From an uncultured Bacteroidales bacterium (GTDB lineage: Bacteria > Bacteroidota > Bacteroidia > Bacteroidales > UBA3824): a stretch of DNA of 64,000 nt. The translations under genes were made by a program, and so were the position numbers. Location of the stretch: positions 2,516 through 66,515 of the forward strand of contig CAMVLO010000012.1 of assembly GCA_947168365.1 (NCBI GenBank), written 5' to 3'. This document shows, piece after piece, positions 27,199 through 35,321 of this stretch; the stretch's first letter is position 1; each line of letters begins with the position of its first letter. The notes below the pieces were generated by a model, which was not told the origin of the DNA, ran no database searches, and saw nothing but the letters and a program-made list of their open reading frames with translations.

Positions 27199-28803
27199 TT
27201 ATTCATCTTCATCCTCTTCTTCGTCGAATTCTTCATCATCTTCATCGAATTCTCCGTCATCATCAAAATCCTCATCATCTTCGTCAAAGTCTTCATCATC
27301 TTCGTCAAAGTCTTCATCGTCTTCGTCAAAGTCTTCATCGTCTTCGTCAAAGTCTTCATCGTCTTCGTCGTAGTCTTCATCGTCCTCGTCGTAGTCTTCA
27401 TCGTCCTCGTCGTAATCTTCATCGTCCTCGTCGTAATCATAATCCCAATCTTCGTCATCGAAATCGTCATCTTCATACGCGTACTCTGACCAATCATCAA
27501 CGTCTTCAAACCAGATGTCTGCAATTTGATCGATAAAATCTTCTTCCTCTTCGTCCAAACCGTCGGAAGATGCTACTTCCAACATCTGTTTGTAAATATT
27601 TGCAAGAGCTCCAACTGAAAGATACTGTTTGAAAATAGCAAGTGTTTCCTCCAAAAATTCATCTTGATTCAAAGCGATGTCAATACAATGCAAAATAATT
27701 TTCTTTGGATTCATCTTGATTTTAAACAGTTTCAAGATGTTTTTGAGATGTGTAGCCGCAGCTTCGATTTCTTCGTCCGAAAGTTCACCGTCGATAGCCG
27801 CTGCTGTAATAAACAATGTACCAATACGATATTCAAAACCGTATTCACCCATTTGCTCGTTGAACTCATTCCAAGTCTCGTCGCTCATGTTAGAGAATTC
27901 GTCGTCCAAATCCACGAACAAAGATTCATCGTCGTTCTCCCATTCTTCTTCGTGATCGTCAACAACTTCGTCGGCATCTTTTATAATCCAACAGTCACCG
28001 AGATTGTAATCCTCATTCATTAAATAATCGTATGACATGTAACAATAACCGTTGTCGCCCCACGAATTTCCCCACGAATTGCGAACGATAAACATGCGGT
28101 CAGGATCGGAATAACCGACGCAAAGCATTGCATGATTTCCGTGAGAACCTCGTCCCACATCGTTTCTTGTAGGGTCAGGAACACGACCGCGACGCATATT
28201 ATCAAACGAATTAAACAAAGTACAGCCAAAAATTATAGGATAACCTTCAGCAAGAGCCGATTTCCAAGTCTGCAAATCAACAGGCACATATTCTGTATCT
28301 TTCAACTTGAAACTCTTGGCTTCTTCGTAAGCTTCGGAACTCGGTCTTCTGTTAACAACCGATTTGTTTTCGGAATAAGGCCATGTATGTTCGCTACAAC
28401 AACCCTTTTCAATCATCTCACTAACAGCCAATTGAATAGCAGAACCGTCGTCTTTCATACGTTCACCTCTATCCATACCGGCAGCGCGTCCATTGTAATA
28501 AATAAAAAGTCTTGAAGCGTCGTAATCAATACCTTGATTTTTCTTTACAAGATATTCGTAAGCACCGGCAACAGCGTTCGCAGTACACGAATTAACCTGC
28601 ATTTGGTCTTCCACTTCGGTCATTTTCGACCTCATATCTACTTTTTTTGGAAGTTCAGAAGCGGCATAATGACTCTTAAATGATTTTGAGCCAGCAGCTG
28701 GAGCAGAATATTTATAACCGGCGAGTTCTCGGATAGTACCGTCAGCAAATTTAAATGCGAAGTCTATGATATCATCAACAAGGTCACGTTTTTTCTTAGC
28801 CAT
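27199..28803 (-). CDS. Leaderless papain-like (C1) cysteine peptidase fused to a TerB-like domain and a poly-acidic repeat tail
   Basis: Catalytic blocks are 'QVNSCTANAVAG' (Gln/Cys), 'GNHAMLCVGY' (His) and 'RNSWGNSWGDNGY' (Asn-Ser-Trp). No signal peptide (MAKKKRDLVDD...). TerB-like 'AAAIDGELSDEEIE' and 'ASSDGLDEEEEDFI'. The last ~100 residues are almost entirely D/E with periodic F/Y/W. Confidence 0.75.
   Translation of the reverse strand: MAKKKRDLVDDIIDFAFKFADGTIRELAGYKYSAPAAGSKSFKSHYAASELPKKVDMRSKMTEVEDQMQVNSCTANAVAGAYEYLVKKNQGIDYDASRLFIYYNGRAAGMDRGERMKDDGSAIQLAVSEMIEKGCCSEHTWPYSENKSVVNRRPSSEAYEEAKSFKLKDTEYVPVDLQTWKSALAEGYPIIFGCTLFNSFDNMRRGRVPDPTRNDVGRGSHGNHAMLCVGYSDPDRMFIVRNSWGNSWGDNGYCYMSYDYLMNEDYNLGDCWIIKDADEVVDDHEEEWENDDESLFVDLDDEFSNMSDETWNEFNEQMGEYGFEYRIGTLFITAAAIDGELSDEEIEAAATHLKNILKLFKIKMNPKKIILHCIDIALNQDEFLEETLAIFKQYLSVGALANIYKQMLEVASSDGLDEEEEDFIDQIADIWFEDVDDWSEYAYEDDDFDDEDWDYDYDEDDEDYDEDDEDYDEDDEDYDEDDEDFDEDDEDFDEDDEDFDEDDEDFDEDDEDFDDDGEFDEDDEEFDEEEDEDE
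27270..27437 (-). repeat. Eight tandem 21-bp units (consensus CTTCATCGTCTTCGTCAAAGT on the + strand) encoding D[FY]DEDDE heptads
   Basis: Units start at 27270, 27291, 27312, 27333, 27354, 27375, 27396 and 27417. Neighbouring units differ by only 0-3 nt. Confidence 0.9.
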
Positions 28804-29132
28804 TGTTTAAAAGCTTTTGAGTATTAATAATTATTTTTTTTAGATACGATAATTTTATGCCGCAAATTACATAATTATTTTTAAACAAAAAAATAAAATT
28901 CAGGGAAAATAAATTCAAATTCTGATACTATCTTTCATGATGTTAAACGTTTAATTAAAAAATGCAAATTAAGCAAAAAGATAAAAAACCGAAAAAAATT
29001 CCATGTAAAAAATCAGAAAGAAACGGTGCAAAACTCTCAAAATTGCGACTTAACGGTCATCAATTTCTACATTTACATTTTTTTAAATCAAAAAAAATCA
29101 AAACAAAAAGTGATAATATTCAAGAAATTTAT

Positions 29133-29140
29133 TATATTTG
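29133..29140 (+). promoter_or_regulatory. -7 box for the MgtC-family gene
   Basis: TATATTTG, about 63 nt upstream of ATG 29203. Confidence 0.4.
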
Positions 29141-29202
29141 TTACATCTAAAAAAAATTATCCACAGTCAACAACGAAATAATCAACCTAATAAATAATCG
29201 AA

Positions 29203-29886
29203 ATGGAAAATATAAATTACGATCACCTTTTACGAATATTTGCCGCAGCATTGTTGGGCGGCATTATTGGATTGGAACGCGAATACAGATCGAAAATGGC
29301 AGGATTCCGCACGCATTTTTTGGTAGCAATGGGCAGCGCAATTTTCATGATAATGTCAATTCACGGATTTGATTCCGACCTTCCGCTAATCGAAAAAAAC
29401 AACTATTCGCTCGACCCCGCAAGAATTGCCGCCAATATTGTCACCGGAATAGGTTTTATTGGTGCGGGCGCAATAATTTTTCAAAAAAATATCGTGCGCG
29501 GTATCACCACTGCCGCCGGTATCTGGGTAACAGCAGCTATCGGAATGGCTTGCGGCTCAGGAAATTATACGCTTTCGATTACTACTACTTTACTTGTATT
29601 AATCTGCCTTGAAACTTTCAATTTTATACTAAGTAAAATGGGAAGAAGAACGGTTTCGCTCTCCATATCGGCTCATTCTCGTTACGAAATTTCTACTATT
29701 TTGGACAAATTAAGATCGGAGGGTTACAATGTGGAAACTTTTAATATCGAAATTTCGCAAAAAAATTCCGGCAAAGTTTACATCTTAACCGTAGAAGTAA
29801 AAGTAAAACGAAAGGATTATGACAAAAAACTTTCGGAACTGATTTCGGGATTTGACGAAATATCTGTAGCAAATATTCAGGGCTAA
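29203..29886 (+). CDS. MgtC/SapB-family membrane protein
   Basis: 'LRIFAAALLGGIIGLEREYRSKMAGFRTHFLVAMGSA' is the classic MgtC N-terminus. Four to five TM segments plus an ACT-like C-terminal domain. Confidence 0.88.
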   Translation: MENINYDHLLRIFAAALLGGIIGLEREYRSKMAGFRTHFLVAMGSAIFMIMSIHGFDSDLPLIEKNNYSLDPARIAANIVTGIGFIGAGAIIFQKNIVRGITTAAGIWVTAAIGMACGSGNYTLSITTTLLVLICLETFNFILSKMGRRTVSLSISAHSRYEISTILDKLRSEGYNVETFNIEISQKNSGKVYILTVEVKVKRKDYDKKLSELISGFDEISVANIQG

Positions 29887-29903
29887 ATTTCAAAACCCTG
29901 AAT
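29875..29903. terminator. Shared hairpin between the convergent MgtC-family and glycan-binding-domain genes
   Basis: ATTCAGGG / CCCTGAAT 8-bp stem overlapping the MgtC stop codon, with A/T-rich flanks on both sides. Confidence 0.4.
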
Positions 29904-29912
29904 ATTAATATT

Positions 29913-30638
29913 TTAATGTACGTCTAATCCGTCGAAATAAATCTCGGAAATTGCGGTGTCGTCCCACTTGTCGCCCTTATAAACGTCAACAATTTCAAAA
30001 CGCATTGTCCACTGTTTTGAATCTGTAAGCGGCGAAATTTCAAACGATTGTACGCAACGTGTATCCTCAAGATTGAGCAGAGCTACGGATTTGCCGTTGA
30101 TATACAATTTGAGTTTTTTAACACGGGAATTGTTTTTCCACGCCGCATAACTTTTGCAATAGCCGTTTACAATTTTTATTTCTGTAATTCTCGGATTGTT
30201 GGCTTTAAAAGTATATTCTACCCATTCGCCTATGCCACAACCTTTTACGCCTTCCACCCAAGGTGTATTCGCATAATCGTCGTGAAGATTTTTCTCATTG
30301 TAATTGTTGTTACCCTGATTGTTAAGACGGCTTGATGCAGTGATTTTTATCGGTCCGCCGTTGCCGCAATACCAAGAACATCCGCCTCCGTTCAATGAAA
30401 AATAACTGTCATAAATTTCCTCATAACCAAGTTTTTGAACATAATTCCAATCGGATTCGGACATATTGGTTTCGCCCTTGTCTTTGATATATTTCAAAGC
30501 CTTGTCGTAATTAGCCGCACCCTCATCAGAAAAACAACGGTCATACTCTTTTACAATCGGATTCAACGATTTGATAACCTGCGCCTTGCAAATAAAATTA
30601 GTCAACAATAACGCAAAAAGAATTAATAGTTTTTTCAT
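29913..30638 (-). CDS. Secreted protein with NADase-type glycan-binding (F5/8 type C-like) domain
   Basis: Signal peptide. C-terminal domain blocks 'TPWVEGVKGCGIGEWVEY', 'NGYCKSYAAWKNNSRVKKLKL' and 'DDTAISEIYFDG'. Confidence 0.6.
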   Translation of the reverse strand: MKKLLILFALLLTNFICKAQVIKSLNPIVKEYDRCFSDEGAANYDKALKYIKDKGETNMSESDWNYVQKLGYEEIYDSYFSLNGGGCSWYCGNGGPIKITASSRLNNQGNNNYNEKNLHDDYANTPWVEGVKGCGIGEWVEYTFKANNPRITEIKIVNGYCKSYAAWKNNSRVKKLKLYINGKSVALLNLEDTRCVQSFEISPLTDSKQWTMRFEIVDVYKGDKWDDTAISEIYFDGLDVH

Positions 30639-30674
30639 AGATATATTTTTTTAAGAATCAAACATCTCAATACG

Positions 30675-30682
30675 CAAATGTA
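30675..30682 (-). promoter_or_regulatory. -7 box for the glycan-binding-domain gene
   Basis: TACATTTG on the minus strand, about 37 nt upstream of ATG 30638. Confidence 0.5.
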
Positions 30683-30785
30683 TAAAAAAACGGTTAACAG
30701 GAAAAAAACTTCCGGAATTTGTTACGGATTTATCAAGTTTTTTATTTCCGGTAAGATTGTTTATTGTAAAATCTAAAAAAACATA

Positions 30786-30793
30786 TACATTTG
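30786..30793 (+). promoter_or_regulatory. -7 box for the TPR/SpoIIE phosphatase
   Basis: TACATTTG, about 78 nt upstream of ATG 30871. Confidence 0.4.
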
Positions 30794-30870
30794 CCTCATG
30801 AAACTACAACAATTTTTACGTAGTTCTATTTTTACATTTAACTACAACAGTGAAGAATTTTTGAATTATA

Positions 30871-32841
30871 ATGCTTAAAAACAAAATCACAATTACACTA
30901 TTTTTACTTCTGTTTTTTTCAACAAGAGGATACACAATTGAATCAGACAGTAGCAAAACTTCGTATGAAAATCAGATAAAAGCTTACCGTCACCAAGCTT
31001 ATGAATACACACGCAACAATGATTTCGTACATGCCGCAAAAAATCTATATAAATGGCAGCAACTAACAGAAAAACAAAAAGATACTACCAGAATGATAGA
31101 ATGTTACATCTTTTTGGGAACTCATTACCAATTTAAAAATATTCCTGACAGCTCTTTTTATTACAACAACAAAGCATTGAAATTAAGTATCTTGCGACAC
31201 GATACAACTGCGATGTCAGATTGTTATGCATGTATCGGTGCAGAAACTTTCAACCGTGGTTTTTACAGTTTGTCGGAAGATTATCTCAAAAAAGCACTTC
31301 ATTTGGATTCTTTAATCGAAAACGAGGAAAAGATGGCTTTGAGTTTGTCGCTTCTCGGATTGGTTTACGGTATTCAATATATTGACAATCCCAAAAACGA
31401 AACTTTTAAAAACAAAGCTTTGGATTGTGTAAAAAAGTCGTTAAGTCTAAAAGGAAATATCTTTTCGCTTTACAATTCGTATTATGCAATGACGCAACAT
31501 TCGATGTGGTACAAGCAAGATGACAGTTGCAAATATTACTATCAAAAGTTCAAAGAAATGTCCAATTATGTTCCTTACAAAACAATGACGGTATCTTTGG
31601 ATGTTGATTATCTGATTTATCAAAAACAATATCGAAAAGCTCTAAGCTATTTGGAATCACAAAAAAAAATATTTGAAAACAGTAAAATCAACATGAGATT
31701 TTACTATGAAAAATTAAATTACGTATACGAAAGACTTGGAGATTACCGCAACGCTCACGAAGCAAATGTCAAACAGTTTCAGTATCAACGCGAAATCAGC
31801 AACGATAATACAACACGCGCAATTGCAAATGCCGAAGCCGAAAAAGCCGCTGCCGTAGAACGCATTAAACTTGAGGAAAGCGAAAAATTCTTTGAGGAAC
31901 AAAAAAAGCATTTTAATACAATTGTAATTGCACTTTTAACCGGTTTACTGTTAGTTTCGGCGGTCGTACTGCTCTTTTTCCGACTTTGGAAACTTAAACA
32001 AAATTCAAACGAACAATTGATTCAGAAAAACCTCCTTCTCGACAAACAGAAAGAAGAAATTGAAAATTTCAACAACCAGTTAATCAGCAGTATAAACTAT
32101 GCTGAACGTATTCAGAGGGCAGCGGTTTCGTCAGAAGAAGATGTCAAAACACTTTTTCCAAACAGTTTTGTACTTTATTTACCCCGCGATATTGTAAGCG
32201 GCGATTATTACAGAGCTGTGCAGTGCGGCAAATATTCGGTAATGATAACAGCCGATTGCACCGGACACGGCATTCCGGGAGCATTTCTCTCGATGCTCGG
32301 AATTTCTTCGATAAACAGTTTTATTACCAAAGAGTCAGACGCAGAAAATCCGGGTACGATACTCGACAGAATGAGAAATTTTATCAAACAAACTCTTGTT
32401 TCAAAAAACACAGAAGAAATTGGAGACGGAATGGATATGACGATTTGTTGTTTTGATACAGAAAACATGGAATTGAAATACGCCGTTGCAAATCAAAGAA
32501 TAATACTGATTAGAGACGGAGTAGCCAAAAGATTAAAAGGCGACAACATGCCGGTCGGACGTTACCTGCGTGAGCGTGAACATTTTGAAACTTTCAGCAT
32601 GAAGTTACAAAAAGGCGATATAATTTACATGTTTTCCGACGGAATAGAAGATCAACTCGGCGGAGATGATTCTGACGGTTTAGGACACAAATATTTAATC
32701 CGTACTCTTGAAAATTTTCTACTGAAAAATTCTTCAGAACCGCTTGAGAATCAAAAACAATTGCTTATAACAGAAATTACATCATGGCGAGGAAATATCC
32801 CTCAGATTGACGATATTACAATGGTTGGAATCAAAGTGTAG
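30871..32841 (+). CDS. TPR-repeat sensor with one TM helix and a C-terminal PP2C/SpoIIE-type phosphatase
   Basis: N-terminal signal/TPR region and TM segment (IVIALLTGLLLVSAVVLLFF). SpoIIE blocks 'SGDYY', 'ADCTGHGIPGAFLSMLG', 'DGMDM', 'FSDGIEDQ' and 'DDITMVGIKV'. Confidence 0.88.
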   Translation: MLKNKITITLFLLLFFSTRGYTIESDSSKTSYENQIKAYRHQAYEYTRNNDFVHAAKNLYKWQQLTEKQKDTTRMIECYIFLGTHYQFKNIPDSSFYYNNKALKLSILRHDTTAMSDCYACIGAETFNRGFYSLSEDYLKKALHLDSLIENEEKMALSLSLLGLVYGIQYIDNPKNETFKNKALDCVKKSLSLKGNIFSLYNSYYAMTQHSMWYKQDDSCKYYYQKFKEMSNYVPYKTMTVSLDVDYLIYQKQYRKALSYLESQKKIFENSKINMRFYYEKLNYVYERLGDYRNAHEANVKQFQYQREISNDNTTRAIANAEAEKAAAVERIKLEESEKFFEEQKKHFNTIVIALLTGLLLVSAVVLLFFRLWKLKQNSNEQLIQKNLLLDKQKEEIENFNNQLISSINYAERIQRAAVSSEEDVKTLFPNSFVLYLPRDIVSGDYYRAVQCGKYSVMITADCTGHGIPGAFLSMLGISSINSFITKESDAENPGTILDRMRNFIKQTLVSKNTEEIGDGMDMTICCFDTENMELKYAVANQRIILIRDGVAKRLKGDNMPVGRYLREREHFETFSMKLQKGDIIYMFSDGIEDQLGGDDSDGLGHKYLIRTLENFLLKNSSEPLENQKQLLITEITSWRGNIPQIDDITMVGIKV

Positions 32842-32901
32842 AACAAAAATTTTACGTGTTACTGTTTTAAATTTAAAAGTAATTTGTAATTTTGACGCAT
32901 T

Positions 32902-34257
32902 ATGGAACACGAAAAAAGTCAAAATAAAAAACCTGAACTGATAGTAATGCTCACCCAAAACGATTTTACGGTAATGAACGCTGCCGAAATTTTTGAGCAA
33001 TGCAAAAATACCAATGCACAGTTTTGGGGATTCAAGGAGCATCCGTTACCTTTGGAGCAAATGAAATCGCTGTATAGAGAAATGAAATCATGCGGCAAAA
33101 CAACATTTCTCGAAGTGGTGGCATACTCAGAATCCGAAGGTCTGAAAGGTGCTCAAATGGCAGCTGATTGCGGTTGCGATATCTTGATGGGAACATGCTT
33201 TTACGATTCAATCAACGAATTTTGTAAACAACACAGTATCAAATATATGCCATTTGTCGGACATATCGAAGGACGCCCGTCGGTACTTAGCGGCGAAATT
33301 AACAGCATGATTTTGCAAGCTAAAAATTATCTCGAAAAAGGAGCATTCGGAATTGATCTTTTGGCGTATCGTTTCATCGGCAATCCGGAGGATTTGTGTC
33401 AGAAATTTCTAAAAGAAGTTGACGCTCCGGTTTGTATGGCAGGCAGCATAGACAGTTTCAAAAAATTACAAGAAGTCAAGCAGTTATCGCCATGGACATT
33501 CACGATTGGAAGTGCATTTTTTGAAAATAAATTTGGTTCAACATTTTCCGAACAAATCAACCGCGTTTGTGATTTTATCAATAGTAACAACCAAGTTGTT
33601 GACTATTACGATTCAATTGCGGAAGATTACGACGAAAGCCGTTTCAACAATAGTTACGGAAAATTTATAGATGCTCAAGAACGCAAAATTCTCAACAAAT
33701 TAATCAACACCTCAGAATCCTCATCACGACTGGAAATTGCTTGTGGCACAGGACGTCTTACAAATTACGCTACAAACGGTCTTGATGCAAGCCGCGAGAT
33801 GTTGAAACAAGCCGAAAAATTGTATCCCGAAGTAAAATTCAAACTTGCCTCAGCTACCGAAACCGGTTTTTCTGACAATAGTTTTGATATCGTTTATACA
33901 TTTCATTTTCTAATGCACATCGATATTACAACAATTAACAAAATCGTTGACGAAGTTTACAGGATTTTGAAACCGGGCGGACGATTTATATTTGACATCC
34001 CGTCGAAAAAACGTCGCAACTTTCTGAAACACAAACAAAAAACATGGCACGGAGCTACAGAATTTTCTACTGATGAACTTGAATCTGTAATTAAAAAACG
34101 GTTCTCAATAAAAAGTTCTCACGGCATAATGATGCTGCCGGTACACAAATTGCCAACCCGATTGAGAAAACCGTTACAAAATTTTGACTTTATTTTGGCA
34201 AACAGTTGCTTGAAATCGTACAGCTCTTATCTGGTTTACGAACTTGTAAAAATCTAA
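32902..34257 (+). CDS. Fusion protein: uncharacterised ~230-aa N-terminal domain (alpha/beta, possibly TIM-barrel-like) + class I SAM-dependent methyltransferase
   Basis: The C-terminal half carries 'LEIACGTGRLT' (motif I), 'FDIVYTFHFLMHI' and 'LKPGGRFIFD'. I cannot assign a named family to the N-terminal half (ELIVMLTQNDFTV...GIDLLAYRF...FTIGSAFF). Confidence 0.7.
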   Translation: MEHEKSQNKKPELIVMLTQNDFTVMNAAEIFEQCKNTNAQFWGFKEHPLPLEQMKSLYREMKSCGKTTFLEVVAYSESEGLKGAQMAADCGCDILMGTCFYDSINEFCKQHSIKYMPFVGHIEGRPSVLSGEINSMILQAKNYLEKGAFGIDLLAYRFIGNPEDLCQKFLKEVDAPVCMAGSIDSFKKLQEVKQLSPWTFTIGSAFFENKFGSTFSEQINRVCDFINSNNQVVDYYDSIAEDYDESRFNNSYGKFIDAQERKILNKLINTSESSSRLEIACGTGRLTNYATNGLDASREMLKQAEKLYPEVKFKLASATETGFSDNSFDIVYTFHFLMHIDITTINKIVDEVYRILKPGGRFIFDIPSKKRRNFLKHKQKTWHGATEFSTDELESVIKKRFSIKSSHGIMMLPVHKLPTRLRKPLQNFDFILANSCLKSYSSYLVYELVKI

Positions 34258-34266
34258 TAATCAACC

Positions 34267-35103
34267 ATGAAAACAAAGAAAAAACTATTCTGCGAAATTT
34301 GTCCGACTACATATTATATCTCGTTACAAAAAGAAATCATAAAACGTCATATCAAAAATCTGTTCGGTAAAGAGCATTATGCTAAAGAGTTACAGCCGCA
34401 ACAGAAATTACCAGTAATTGTAAGTTCACACCATAGCAACATGATAAAACGCGGACCTGGAATTGATCCGGTTTTGCAAACCAACAAGGCTGACAATATC
34501 CGATTAGCATGCAGCAAAATGAACGGAATAATCATCAATCCGGGCGAAACATTTTCATTTTGGCGACAAGTTGGCAAAACATCCAAACGTAACGGATTCA
34601 GCGACGGACGAGTACTTGTAAACGGCAAACTTGTAGCCGGCGTGGGCGGCGGTTTGTGTAATCTTGCAAATACAATCAATCTTTTGATACTACACAGTCC
34701 GTTGACAATCACCGAATTGCATCACCATTCCGATGCCTTGGCTCCCGATCCTAACGGCAAACATACTCCGTACAGCGCAGGAACTTCGGTAAATTACAAT
34801 TTTATAGATTACCGTTTCCGCAACGACACGTCGCAACCGGTACAATTATGTGTTTGGTGCGAAAAAGACGAACTTTGTGCCGAATTGCGTACAAGTTGCG
34901 AATATCCTAATACTTACCGACTTACAGAAGAAGACCATCATTTTCATAAAGAAGCAAACGGCAAATTTTACCGGATGTCAAAAATATATCGAGAAACTAT
35001 CGACCGCGCAACTGGAAAAGTTTTAAACCGAGAACTCAATTGGGACAATCATTCAGAAGTCATGTTTCAATACGATTTGATTCCGAAAGACCAAATCAAA
35101 TAA
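34267..35103 (+). CDS. VanW-family protein (no signal peptide)
   Basis: 'PGETFSFWRQVG' and 'VAGVGGGLCNLANTINLLILHSPL' match the VanW domain core. The start lies 9 nt after the preceding stop. Confidence 0.75.
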   Translation: MKTKKKLFCEICPTTYYISLQKEIIKRHIKNLFGKEHYAKELQPQQKLPVIVSSHHSNMIKRGPGIDPVLQTNKADNIRLACSKMNGIIINPGETFSFWRQVGKTSKRNGFSDGRVLVNGKLVAGVGGGLCNLANTINLLILHSPLTITELHHHSDALAPDPNGKHTPYSAGTSVNYNFIDYRFRNDTSQPVQLCVWCEKDELCAELRTSCEYPNTYRLTEEDHHFHKEANGKFYRMSKIYRETIDRATGKVLNRELNWDNHSEVMFQYDLIPKDQIK

Positions 35104-35246
35104 TTTTTGTCAATGCGATAATTGGTTATAATTTTCGTGTTTAGTATCATTCGATGTATTATAATACACTGACCTCAAAGTTTATTAGTTTTTCATCTCA
35201 AAAACATAATACTCATATCATAATAGCCTTTTTGGGCGTAATTTAA

Positions 35247-35281
35247 CAAAAATAGCCTTTACAATTATTTGTAAAGGCTAT
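35247..35281 (-). terminator. Terminator closing the giant-protein/lipoprotein/OmpA operon
   Basis: ATAGCCTTTACA / TGTAAAGGCTAT perfect 12-bp stem followed on the minus strand by TTTTTG. Confidence 0.7.
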
Positions 35282-35321
35282 AGGAAGTTGTTTCAATTTT
35301 TCAGACAACAATAATTTTTAA

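Noticed and set aside
27270-27437. Possible CRISPR array, given the regular short repeats
   Set aside because: The units are contiguous with no spacers, are 21 bp long and in frame within a CDS, and no cas genes are present. This is a coding tandem repeat, not a CRISPR array.
27159-27536. ORFs on both strands across the acidic-tail repeats (125 aa 'LHRLRQSLHRLRQS...' on +; 116 aa 'MKTLTKTMKT...' on -)
   Set aside because: These are frame-shifted or antisense readings of the 21-bp tandem repeat inside the protease-TerB CDS. Their periodicity is a by-product of the repeat, and they lack independent start context.
28962-29150. 62-aa Lys-rich ORF in the protease/mgtC spacer, and the 67-aa ORF at 8386-8589
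   Set aside because: These are products of A-rich intergenic DNA, with no promoter box at a suitable distance and no recognisable motif.
30798-30878. 26-codon upstream ORF overlapping the SpoIIE-phosphatase start codon by 8 nt
   Set aside because: Its ATG sits only 5 nt after the -7 box, so it would lie at or before the likely transcription start. There is no evidence for translation, so it is noted only as a possibility.
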